A stretch of 64,000 bases of DNA from Lama glama. Its lineage: Eukaryota. This document shows positions 27,742 through 39,523 of the stretch, piece by piece (position 1 is the stretch's first letter; the number at the start of each line of letters is the position of its first letter). The notes beneath the pieces were generated by a model. It made no database searches. It was not told the DNA's origin and was given only the letters and a program-made list of their open reading frames with translations. The stretch is taken from positions 103,852,001 to 103,916,000 of the forward strand of contig CM052817.1 of NCBI GenBank assembly GCA_028534125.1, in the 5' to 3' direction. The position numbers were made by a program, and so were the translations under genes.

Positions 27742-27824
27742 ATGCATTTTACATGTCTTTTTGTACTTTGAGTTGAAGGAAAGTACAAAAAGACATGTAA
27801 AATGCATGCTACTCAGCCATAAAA
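27725..27824. repeat. Perfect inverted repeat, 45-bp arms with a 10-nt spacer
   Basis: 27725-27769 is the exact reverse complement of 27780-27824; spacer GAGTTGAAGG. Confidence 0.95.
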
Positions 27825-28498
27825 TGTATTTTTTAAAAAGTAAGGATGTTAACAAGGATGCTAAATATTTATTTCTAATATATTAATGATACCCAAAACA
27901 TTTCAATTTGAACATAAATAAATGAAAACTAACACTTGCAGACTTCCTATATTATTTACAAACTATATGCATCATGGCCTTTTTGATACTTTATTTTTAA
28001 AAATAATTTCTGATTCTGCTTTTTTACAATTTATTAACTTTTCCTAAGAAAAGTCCTGGTGGATCTCACAATTTCATAATGCATAACAACATCTGTTTAA
28101 TACAGTGATGAGCCTTCAAGTTGTTATTATATTGTGTCCTTGTGTTTACAAAGATTAAGGAGTTCCTCATTGCACCCGTATTTTCAATAAATGCTGTTCC
28201 TCGTCTCTCCTTATAAAGGTTGATGGTGGACGAACCTGGTGGCAAAGTGCCTGTTCCTACCTAGGACTCTCAGGGCAGCCTGCCTTATCAGCATTGTCTG
28301 CTGGTGGTCTCCTCTGGGTCCTTAGCGTCTTCCAGGAGAGTGGTAGGTAATACTGCGGACCTCAAGAGATTCTTTGAAGCATTGATTCATAAGGGCACAA
28401 GCTATCACCTTGTTAAGCTCTGTTCTCTGAATAGCCAGAATTTTTTAACATGAAGTCATCCTAGATTGACGTAGGTCTGGATCTCAGGTCTGGGGTCG

Positions 28499-28528
28499 TG
28501 TGTGTGTGTCTATGTGTGTGTGTGTGTG
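28499..28528. repeat. Interrupted (TG)n microsatellite
   Basis: Directly visible. Confidence 0.9.
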
Positions 28529-29449
28529 TTTCCCTTAATACCAGGGAAACTTCAGAAGTACTGAGGCTGTTTTCTTATTCCTCTGATAAAAACGTCTATT
28601 GATATTATATAGGATATTAAGCAAAAAATTAACAACACATCTTTTATGGCTCTTAATGAACCTCTTGCGATTTAAATGGTTTTATCAGCTGCAGCTGTCC
28701 CTGGGGCCAGGCCAAAAGGAAGTCATCTCTAGGGTGTCCAACAGTATTTGGTGGGGAGGAAAGGAGGCACAAAGCAAGGCCACGGATGAATTTCTGCTTT
28801 TGGCTTCTCCCTAGGGAGCCGCAGTCTTTTCCGTGTTAATTTCCTGGGTCATCGCGGCCCTTAGTTTCCCAGCGCTTTGTTTCAGATTCTTTCGCCCATA
28901 AGCAGTACACGCCTTTTTCTTCATCCTTCGAGCTGTCCGTTCGTCCCTGAGGCTACCACCGGCCAGACATCCTAAACTTTCTCACTAAGGCTGGGGCTCC
29001 GGAGTCCTGGAGCTTCTGGTCGTCCTCCTGGCTGCAACGTAGGTGTCCATTGGTATACTGGGGCGCAGGAGCCTCTGAGAAGCCAAAAAACTTTCTCCTC
29101 GCCCTCAGCATCTGCTGTCAGTCTGAGCACCTTGGTAGGCATCCTTGCAGCAGCACCCGCACTTTTCGTAGGCTCCACCCCAACCCTGCCCGCACACACC
29201 CTGGGAGCGACCTTTCGGCAGACCCCCTCCGGGTCCTGTCCTTGACTCCCGCGATCCTTGCCCGGCAGGCTCGCGGGTGCGTCTCCGGCTCCATGCCGCC
29301 TCCGCCCGCTCTGCGTCCCCGCGTGCGCGCCGGGTTAGCCAGTCTTTGAGCATGGCAGATTTCCACCGGATGACATCATGGGAGCGAGTGAGTGCCGGCT
29401 CCGCGAGGGGGACGGAGGAGGGGAGGGGGAGCGGAGGGGAGAGGCTGGG

Positions 29450-29607
29450 AAGCGGAGCCGGAGTCGGCTGCCTGCCGCCGGCCGTCCGTCCGCCAGCCGG
29501 GGAGGAGCGCTCCGCCCGCCGCTGACAAAGGATGGGAGGATGCCTGCGCCCCGGGATGCGGGCGGCGCGCAGCCCCGCGGCCGCCTGAGCGGCTTCGCTC
29601 TCCGCCG
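29450..29607 (+). other. Probable first (5' UTR) exon of an unidentified + strand gene; start approximate
   Basis: Strong donor CCG|GTGAGT at 29607/29608 downstream of the GC-box and G-rich promoter elements; no recognisable protein. Confidence 0.6.
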
Positions 29608-30099
29608 GTGAGTGACCGTGAAGATCCTCCAGGCAGCGCCGCTGCGAGTCGGCACCTGCTCAGCCCGCCGTCCCGGGCGCCTGGGTCCACGACCCGAGCG
29701 GGGCTTGGCGTGGCGCCAGCGCCAGAGCGCAGGCAGCAGGTGCCGGTGTCCGGAGAGTCCGCGCAGGAGCGGGGGCCCCCAGCCGGCGTTCGCGGCGGTG
29801 CTGGGACCCACCTCTTCCGCGGCTGCCTGGGCGGTTACCCTTGCCCGCCTGCCCGCCGGCGCTCGCCCTGCGCGCCAGCGGTTTCTGGTGGGTGCCCGGT
29901 GCGCGGCCGCTGCTGACACCCGCTTCATGCTAGTCACCGACCGCGCCCCTCGGACAGCGCGGAATAGAAGACAGTCCCTTGACAGGCTCCGGCGTGGGCT
30001 TGACGGGCTCGGACACCGATTCTCCGCGGAGGGCGCGCCGCCGGCCGCAGAGCGCAGCCTTTGTCTTGGGTTGGCGCCGGGGCGCTCAGCCCTGCGTCG

Positions 30100-30214
30100 G
30101 GCTCTCGGCGACCGTCGAGGGGGATCGGGTCCTGGCACCCTCCGCCCGACAGGGATGCCAGCGCGTTGCTACTGCGGGCGGGACTGAGACGCCAGAAGGG
30201 TCTTGAGACCACGG
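30100..30214 (+). other. Possible alternative first exon; start unknown
   Basis: Second strong donor CGG|GTGAGT at 30214/30215 near the 3' edge of the island core. Confidence 0.35.
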
Positions 30215-33200
30215 GTGAGTGTCGCAGTTGTCCAGATGCAGAGCGAGCTTCTTAAGCTCCAGGAATTGAAGTGACCAATCGAGGTACAAGACACCCAAGT
30301 TTTGTCCCCAAGTGTTCTGAGTGAAAGAGCAAACTTAGGGAGACTCACTCTTGCTCTGTTTTCTGGTTGCCAAAGCGCTTTTCTCCAGGCTTGTTTGTGG
30401 CAGGTGGATGCAGTTGGAGGCACGTCCAGTTTATAGTTAGGGGGATCCGCGTCTTCCTGCAGTCCCTTTTGTTATTCAGTAGTTCCCGAAGAGGTTTGCT
30501 TTGTAAATATTTTTGAGATCCGGAAGATGGTCTATGACAGAGCTTTGCGGGCTGACAGAGGAAAGAATTGGGAACCGGCTCAAGTCCCTTAGGTTAGAGG
30601 GGTGCCACCTCTGAGACTGGTAACCGCCGTGCCCGCACCCACGCCTCCGCGCCTGCCTGCGGCTTTCACGCATGTTTTACCGATGAATCCTTCCTGTTTG
30701 GGCAGAGTCCAATGTTCAGATCCCAGAAAAGTAGCCATACCCATTGGCGTATTTGATTTTAATGTCAATTTATTTCCAAAAGGAAACCTTTGTGAATAAG
30801 GTGGAAGGAAGTGAAAGTTTGCTACTTCAGGGTTCAGTTACTTCATTTTGGGGGAAGTTTCATCCACTGCCATTGGAATCTAAAATAATTAAAATTTTGA
30901 GAGCTATTTCATATTCATGACTTCAGTGTATAATAAGGGATCTCTGAATACTAACGAGATTCTTGGTATGCAGATTCGATATTTCAGCATTTAAGATAAT
31001 GTTAGGGTGTAAGAAAGTAACAGTCACGGTTATAATCCGAAGGGTCATTTTAATTTCTTTTTATTGAAGACGTGCTGCTTTTCTTTCAGATTGTTTATTT
31101 TTCTTTAAAGACAGGTGTACCTAAGTAAGCTTTTCTCGGCCAGAGGTATCAAAGTAAATTTTCTTCATCAGTGATTGCTCTTCTGATAAATTTGAGGTCT
31201 TTGCAGAACGGATATGATAGAAAGTGATTGGATTAAGAAATGTGGTGGAAGTAAAAAAGAACCAGGATAAGATAACAGGAGGAGGTTTTACTAAATATAA
31301 ACGGCGAAACTAAGATCTATCTCAGAGGATGTCACATCAATTTTGCTCGTTATCGCTTTTACACGCTTGTCTCTCCTCCTGGGAAGGGCGTAACTGAATG
31401 TTTGTGTTGTGTTACGTGGAGAGACCCGTGATGTAACCAGAGAAAGCCATTCTTTATCCAGGACTTCAGGGCTTGGCAGCAACATCATCTCAGAAATAAA
31501 CTTTTTACTTTATTATTTGTTTCCTGACTTCTTATGACAAAGGGCTCCACCTGTTTCTTCAAAAGTTTTATTTCTTCCTAACTTTATTGTACTCATTTCT
31601 TTATAGTAAAGCGTAGAGAGCTTTACCTGAAGTTTGCTAGAGAGCCTGTCGCTCTCATTGGCTGGTTTCCTTAAATACTGTAGTACCAGAATCTAAAAAC
31701 GCCCTCAGTGAACATACAATCTGCTGATGTGCTCACGGGATGGGCTGTACTCGGCATAATAATGTACATTTCTGTAAAGTGCATATAATCCTGATCTCAC
31801 AATCAGCCAACAGTGATAAGCAGGAGGTATATGGTAACTGGCTCATGGTTTCTGGCCAGTGCTATTTCCTTTAACAATAAGCTGTTTTACCCCCTTTATA
31901 TGGAAATGTACATTAAGGGTAACAGGTTATATTTTACATTGGAAATCTTTCATTGTATTTCAAAAGTGTTTATCCCAGAAGGTCAAGAATATTTTGCTAC
32001 TTCACTGCACATGTACTAGAATATGTGAGGAAAGTCCTTAGAAAATGTAAATATCTTATAAACATATATTGTTTGGTATATTTGATAGGTGGTACAACAT
32101 TATTTTTGAAAACGTATGAAGTAACATTCTCCTAATGTTTTTTAATGTAGTTCACAAATATTTTGGCTATTTTGTTACACAAGGACTCTGAATTGGGAAA
32201 GATGAGAGGAAGGGGAGGGATCTGTGTTACAAGACAGTAACAAAACTATAATATATATAGTACATTTTCCATAGTAGGCAATGGTGATGTCCCAAGGTCA
32301 TGGACAAGAGCATTGTGTCAGAATACTGGAAGATTTCCAAGAAAAGATTATGTTGGAGGCATTAAGTTTATACTATTTTGTGGCCCCTTACTTTCATTGT
32401 TTCAGGTGTCTGATTTGAACAGATAATGTAGGATTTCTGTGATACAGTAAAACTCTCTTCACTTTCCTTGAGGCAAAATTATGTCTTGAACTCAATCAGA
32501 AATTTGCTTTATGGTCTTTTCTGTGGTGTAATTCAAATTCTAGCTTAAGGATGCTTTATGGATCACAAAACATTGTGATTTTAAATTTTGTGTAGACCTT
32601 GGATACTGAAAATGGTCAGTAAAAGCTTTTTGGCTGAAAGGTTTTGGCATTTCAGCTTTTTCTGGAATTATAAATTCAGAGTGAAAAATCAACAGTTTTG
32701 GAATCATTAAAATATTTAGGAACATGATGATATCTTATTAATAGGGTTAAGATAATTTTTTATCTTATAATTTTTAAAGGGAAATTTTTTTTAATGAGAA
32801 AAAAATTCCCAGAAGCCAGAATTATACCATTGTTACATATTGGACACATTTTGCAACTTAATGGACTTCTTTGATACTATTAATTCAGTTTCCACTTCCC
32901 AGTGTCAGAGTGTTGAGGGCTGAGTAGGAAACATATGTTCTGGCTTTGACTTGGTCATCTGATTGAGGATGAGCCTCTGAACCTCTTGAACAGTAGTTTC
33001 ATTTTACATAGAATAAAGATGACCGTATCCTGCCCTGCCTTTCCCACAGGGAATGGGGAGCAGTAAGTGAGAGAGCGTGCAGAAGTGATTTCAATACTAG
33101 AGAAAGAACTATCTAACAAATATTATTAGTTAACTTTTAAACTTCAGATTTTTCAGTTAGAGAAGTAACGTTCTATGAAGGTTGAATTTAGTTTGTGCTT

Positions 33201-33303
33201 TCGATTTTAAACATCTGGTATTTTCAATTAGGGGCATTCTCAATGATTCACTTGTTATAATTTTCATAAAAATTGTTACATAGGTTGTCATATATCTTTT
33301 TTT

Positions 33304-33803
33304 NNNNNNNNNNNNNNNNNNNNNNNNNNNNNNNNNNNNNNNNNNNNNNNNNNNNNNNNNNNNNNNNNNNNNNNNNNNNNNNNNNNNNNNNNNNNNNNNN
33401 NNNNNNNNNNNNNNNNNNNNNNNNNNNNNNNNNNNNNNNNNNNNNNNNNNNNNNNNNNNNNNNNNNNNNNNNNNNNNNNNNNNNNNNNNNNNNNNNNNNN
33501 NNNNNNNNNNNNNNNNNNNNNNNNNNNNNNNNNNNNNNNNNNNNNNNNNNNNNNNNNNNNNNNNNNNNNNNNNNNNNNNNNNNNNNNNNNNNNNNNNNNN
33601 NNNNNNNNNNNNNNNNNNNNNNNNNNNNNNNNNNNNNNNNNNNNNNNNNNNNNNNNNNNNNNNNNNNNNNNNNNNNNNNNNNNNNNNNNNNNNNNNNNNN
33701 NNNNNNNNNNNNNNNNNNNNNNNNNNNNNNNNNNNNNNNNNNNNNNNNNNNNNNNNNNNNNNNNNNNNNNNNNNNNNNNNNNNNNNNNNNNNNNNNNNNN
33801 NNN
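33304..33803. other. Assembly gap (500 N)
   Basis: Run of N preceded by poly-T and followed by L1 sequence. Confidence 1.
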
Positions 33804-34549
33804 AGCTTCATTGAGTTACATGCTGCTGTCCAGTTTTCCCAACACCATTTGCTGAAGAGACTGTCTTTATTCCATTGTATTTTCTTGCCTCCTTAGTTGA
33901 AGATTAGTTGACCAAAAGTTAGTGGGTTCATTTCTGGGCTCTCTATTCTGTTCCATTGGTCCATATGTCTGTTTTTGTACCAATACCATGTTGTTTTGAT
34001 TACTGTAGCTCAATAGTATTATCTGAAGGCTGGGAGGGTTATTCCTCCAGCCTCTTTCTTTTTCTTCAGTAATGCTTTGGCAATTCTAGGTCTTTTGTGG
34101 TTCCATATAAATTGTATTATGATTTGTTCTAGTTGTGTGAAATGTGTCCTGGGTAATTTGATAGGGATTGCATTAACTCTGTAGATTGCCTTGGGCAGTA
34201 TGACCATTTTAACAATATTGATTCTTCCAATCCAGGAGCATGGGATATCTTGCCTTTTTTAAAGTCTTCTTTAATTTCCTTAATCAGCGTTTTATAGTTT
34301 CTTTCCATGTATAAGTCTCCTTGATTAGATTTACTCCTAGGTATTTTATTACTTTGGGTGCTATTTTAAAGGGGATGGATTGTTTCTTTACTTTCTTTTC
34401 CTGCTGATTCATCGTTAGTGTAAAGAAATGCAACTAATTTTTGAATGTTAATCTTGTAACCTACTACCTTGCTGAATTCTTTGATTATTTCTAGTAGTTT
34501 TTGTCTGGACCTTTTAGGGTTTTCTATATATAGTATCATGTCATCTGCA
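33804..34549 (-). mobile_element. Young L1 ORF2 fragment, probably continuing through the gap to the poly-T at ~33297
   Basis: Translations '[19 protein letters not shown]...[12 protein letters not shown]' and '[12 protein letters not shown]...[20 protein letters not shown]' are L1 ORF2/RT motifs. Confidence 0.92.
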
Positions 34550-35785
34550 TCTTGCTGTGTATTTAGATTGGCAAATGCTCCCATTCTCCACCCCAGGGTA
34601 GAAAAGCAACCTCAAAAATCCAAGTGACCTCTTTGATGCTGCCTTCATTTGGAGTCTTGAAGCCTCTAGTCTTTAACAGAATTATTCTTTTCTCTTGCTT
34701 TTCTGGTTGTTCCAGAGAGTAATGTTGGTCATTGTGAGTTGCTTCACCATACTGCCAGCTGAAGTGGGCCATTACTTTTCACTAATTACAAAAATAGATG
34801 TGTAGAGATGCAAGATAATGATAAAGACCTGGTGATAAAGCTGGAGTTAGGAATCACAGTAATCTCAGCCTACAGGCTCCTAGGCAACACAGCTAACTCC
34901 AAGCCGATTCGATTTAAAAAAAGGATTCCTATAAAAAGAGGTCAGATTCTACTAATTGATTATATTATATACAGTATGATTTAGAAACAGTTTGTTTCCT
35001 TTTCAAGGTAGAACTCAGCAACAGTGAAACCCAATGATTCAAATGGCTAGTAAATTTAAATTCATGGTAAGTGAACACAATTGGCAAAACTTTTCTTTTC
35101 TTAGGAGTGATAGACACACACATTTGTGTATAAAAAAATAACAGTGTCTGAATGTAAGTGCCCCGTGATTTAGGAATCATCCTAATCTACAGATAAATTC
35201 TACATGTAAGGAATGAATAATATGTGACATCTGGAGCCTCCCTCTTCTTAGAAACAACTGTCCTTTGTTTCTTAAATTGTTACGCCGAAAAGCGGGAGAT
35301 ACAGACTGGTATCTTATCATTTGCGTATAACAGAGTTAACAAGGTAATAATATATCAACTTTTTTTCTTATTGGTATATGGGTAAAACTCAGAATATATT
35401 TCTTCCAGAATAAATGTAATAAGTCATAGTCAGTTGTATTAGAAGTCATGTCTTTAATGATACACTTAAAGCATGACCTAAATTAATTATACTTCTATGT
35501 ATTAGCCTAGAAGTTTTGTTGAATCTGTCTAGGAATGGATGGGTACTCAAGGTGAACTAAAACATGTAATGCTATTTCTAAGTGACTGTATGTCTCAGGC
35601 AACATATGAGAAACCACTGGCTTTTCGGGACAGTCAGGTGGAAGTTGGAGAGTGCCCAGATGAGCTCTTCCATTCAGGGTTCTATGGTCCATCAGGAAAT
35701 TCAGTGATGCTTGGTGAAAGTGATCAAACACGTACTGTGCAGTTGCTGGCTCATTGTTTGGGACTGACACTCCAATGAATGATAC

Positions 35786-35880
35786 TTTTTTTTTTAACCA
35801 TTATTTTAAAAATTGAAGTATAGTTAGTTACAATGTTGTGTCAATTTCTGGTGCACAGCATGGTTTCAGTCATACATACA
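35786..35880 (-). mobile_element. Short L1 3' terminus
   Basis: Poly-T then 'aattgaagtatagttagttacaatgttgtgtcaatttctggtgcacagca'. Confidence 0.75.
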
Positions 35881-37683
35881 CAAACTTTGATTCTCATAGG
35901 TGTTTCACATGCCTCTTGGGCCCTGCCTGACTGTGAGTGTCTGTCCATGACTGTGGCAAACACTGTAGGCAGGCAGTAACTCCGCCCTGCTGACTTCTTA
36001 CCTCGAGCTTGCGTCGAGTATCTTTTGCTTTCTGCTCTTATGTCTCCCTCTGCCCCGGGAAATGCAGCCTAGAAGTAGGAGGAGTGGAAATGAAGTAGAA
36101 ACAGTTCTGAGAGGCTTTCTCTAGGGCCCCAGAAGATCCAGGTTGGGTGGAACCTCAGTTGGCCATGATCATGACCCAACTCCACATGCCTATATTGGCT
36201 TTTTTTTTTTTTTTTTTTTGCCTGTTTCACTTGAGCTGGTGCTTCTTTCTTATCTCTGGGATCACCTTCTACTATTTGCATGTAAGTTTTTCTTTCAGAC
36301 ACTGCTTTTGTAGGAAGCTTGGCCTAAAGAATGTGGTAAATAAGCTTTTATTCTTTCAAGGAAAATGGAAAACAAAAAAGCAAAAAAAAGAATCAGCATT
36401 AAAGCCTAAGCCACATCCATTCACAATGAGAGGAAATGATAAGAAAAAAGCTAGAACAAAGTATTTTTCAAAGTACTTTATTTACAGAGTTATCATTTTT
36501 AGGTCACCCAATGGGATCATTTAAATAATTTATTTTAGTAACTACGAAGTCATCTGTTTATCTAATAATTAATTTCCCACCCTCCCTCCTTTTTCAGTTC
36601 CCTTTAATATATACATACTGGTGATCCACGCTACACGTGTACTCAGTGAAGTCTTGGTGATATGTTGATTCAAAAATGTAGCAGGATTCCTGCCTCTTTG
36701 GAGAGTTTTACTTTGTGAAATTAATTAAACAATCACATAAGCAAATGTACATGTGCATGACTGAATGCACCGAAGGACAGGTGCATACTGATGAGAAAGC
36801 CAGGGTAGTCTGACTTAGTTCCACTGTGGCAAAATGTTCCAGATATTAAAGAATGAAGTGTGTGTGCGTGTGCATGATTGTGTTTGTGTGTGCTGGTGAC
36901 AGTAAGGAGGGTCGTCACCAATAGATGAGATGCTATATTAGCAAAAAAGAAGTATATGAAGGATCTGGGGAGAACACTGTATGCTGTATACTGATTAACA
37001 AAATTAAAAGTGAGGAATATTTAGAAAATATGAGAACTGTAGGAATCGATCATTTTAAGTTAGTACATTTCTAAATACAGTTGAAAAAAGGGAGGGAGAT
37101 ATTCATTTATTTGTTGCTCAGTTTCTTTGTCCTAGCTTGTGATCTCCTAAAAATCGTATCAAAGACTTTATAAGTTCTACATATCTAAGTAGTGTAACGT
37201 TGTTATAAAATGTGGGTAGCTTCACTAGTTATCTGTTGATTTTTAGGGGGGTGGAATTATTAAATGGTAGACTTTTCTCTTTTAAAAGTATTTCAACTAC
37301 AATTTGACGTGAAGTTGCTTTGAACAGTGTACACAGGAGTCTGGCTGCCCTGAAGCCCAGGGCGTGGCCACGTGTGGTTAGTCCCAAGTCAGTTCCTGCA
37401 CTGAGGTTTAATAGAGTCAAATTGCCTATTTACTTACAGAGGCTTGGGTTTTGGTTCTGCTAATTTCTCCCAAGTTTGAAATGTAAGGAACTAAAGATAA
37501 ATTATTTCCCACTTAGAGCTATATTTCCTTTGATATTTCTTAGCAATTTTGCCTTAATAGAACCCAAAGTTTTATTGTAGACACAGTGTGAAATGACCCT
37601 TTAAGATTTAGCATACTATACACATATATTAACTCTTGCTAGTTATTCTCCCATTTTGATGAGATGATTTGGTTTATTTTTAT

Positions 37684-37845
37684 TTATTATTATTATTTTT
37701 AGTTTTTTTTTGCGGGGTGGAGGTAATTAGGTTAATTTATTCTTCTTTTTTTTTTTTTTAAGAGGAAGTACTGGGGATTGAGCCCAGGATCTTGTGCAAA
37801 CTAAGCATGCACTTTACCACTTTCACTATACCCGCCCCTCCCAAC
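37684..37845 (-). mobile_element. vic-1-like tRNA SINE with TSD
   Basis: Antisense copy of the SINE; 15-bp TSD TTGGTTTATTTTTAT at 37669-37683 and 37846-37860. Confidence 0.88.
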
Positions 37846-38160
37846 TTGGTTTATTTTTATAGGTTACTTTTAAACTTAATCTTTTATGAAATCTCTTAAT
37901 CCTGTGAATATGTCTTATTTTTAGAAGTTTAATAAATAAGTGGATAAGCAAGTATTGATTTAGCAAGTACAACATGTAAGAAAGATTTGTGCCATGAGCA
38001 AAGACAGTGAATAAGACAGGAATGGAGGAATTAATTGGGCAGATTATTAAGATATTGAATAACAAGTATAAAAGGTAAAGTCTGGGACTTTTTGATTTGT
38101 TTCTTGTGACATTTATGGTAGAAGATAACCACCCTTAGACAGAAAAACAAACTCAGAAAA

Positions 38161-39523
38161 ATATTGAAATCCCTATTCACTAGTGAGGTGACTAATGAAA
38201 TTGCTTAACATGTTTGAATGCTGGTTTCCTTATCTGCAAAACATGAATACTAGTGCCTTCCCTATTTTTTAGACCAAAAGTAAGAAAACAAGTCTTAACA
38301 ATAGTGATCATAGACCCTCTTTCTATGGACTTCTGTTATGAGGCTGAACCATAGTTGGCAACTTATAGAAATTGTTAACAGTGATGCAAAAGGTGTTAAA
38401 TTTTTTTTCCATCATATATTTCCCAGGAACCCAAAAAGCCCAAAAAATATATTTTGGGGACAAGTAAAAGGGATCTTGGTATTTGAAGTCTATGTACAAT
38501 AATCTGCTTTTCATTAAACAATAAAAGAAAGTATTTCAAAATGTTGCTGGTAGTCATAGGACTATAGTTAGTTTTTTTCTCCTATTTTTCTTTACTTTCC
38601 AAATACTTTTTTGTAAGTCTGATTTATCTGCATAATAAAAGTGTGAATAAATATTTCTTGAATGAAAAAAAACTGAGTACCTGAAGCACAACTTCAAAGT
38701 GATAACCTCTTAAATTTGAATGGTTCTTTTGTGGGTGTTTGTTATTTTTTAATACTTTTCTGCATGTATATGTACATTTTTATGATAAAGTTATTTATAG
38801 AGAAAAAATGATGTAAAAAGAATCTTCTATCGCTTGCTAAGTTACACTCTATGGCGATACATCTAGTGCAAAAATCTCTTTGAATAATTTCTCTCTCAGC
38901 AGTAGGAGACAACATATGCTTGGCTTTGTCTTCCTGGGATCCAAGAATTAATGTTTGTTTCCAATAAACTGTGTAGAGGAAACTGTTGATTATCCTCACT
39001 AAGTTGTCCTAATAAATAACTAAGAGAAGAATTTAATATTGCCAAGTTTTGCTTTTACATGTTTTCATGAAGAGTAAAGAGTTGTCCACATTTTTTTGCC
39101 TTCCTTTTTAATTTTTTTTTTTTATGGTGGTAAGAACTGTGTGAATTACAGGCTCTGAACTCACAAACTCCTTGGTCCTGCGTGGGCTCCACAGGGGTGG
39201 TAATCTGATCACGCCCACTTCACCAAGTGGGAGCTGGGGCGGGGAAGGGGGGTGTCTGTGCTTTTAGTTAGTTCTTCCTCAATGAGTGAAAAATGATTAT
39301 ACTTTACTTGGGGAAATATTGGTCCATAAATAAATTTTGGAAATTGGTTTTAAACAGAAAGACTGTTTCCCTATGAGAGGAATGGTAAACAGTGGCAGTT
39401 GGAAAAAGCTCAAACTCCACGCCATATTGAAATCCTCACTCACTAGTGAGGTGACTAATCAAATTGCTTAACATTTTTGAGTGTTGATTTCCTTATCTGC
39501 AAAACATGGATACTAGTATCTTC
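38161..39523 (+). repeat. Dispersed direct repeat: 38161-38260 and 39424-39523 (MIR-derived)
   Basis: Manual ungapped alignment gives 89/100 identities at an offset of 1263 bp. Confidence 0.85.

Larger units (their letters stand above)
28950..30700. promoter_or_regulatory. CpG island promoter
   Basis: Abrupt GC- and CpG-rich segment in an AT-rich background; GC boxes (CCGCCC), CRE-like TGACATCA at 29371-29378, G-rich tract ~29405-29450 and CCAAT near 30275. Confidence 0.92.

Noticed and set aside
28972..30423. Many overlapping long ORFs (up to 267 aa) on both strands
   Set aside because: They are Arg/Ala/Gly/Pro-rich products of stop-codon-poor CpG-island DNA, with no recognisable domain.
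33248..33896. 187-aa and 207-aa ORFs
   Set aside because: They are artefacts of translating through the 500-N gap.
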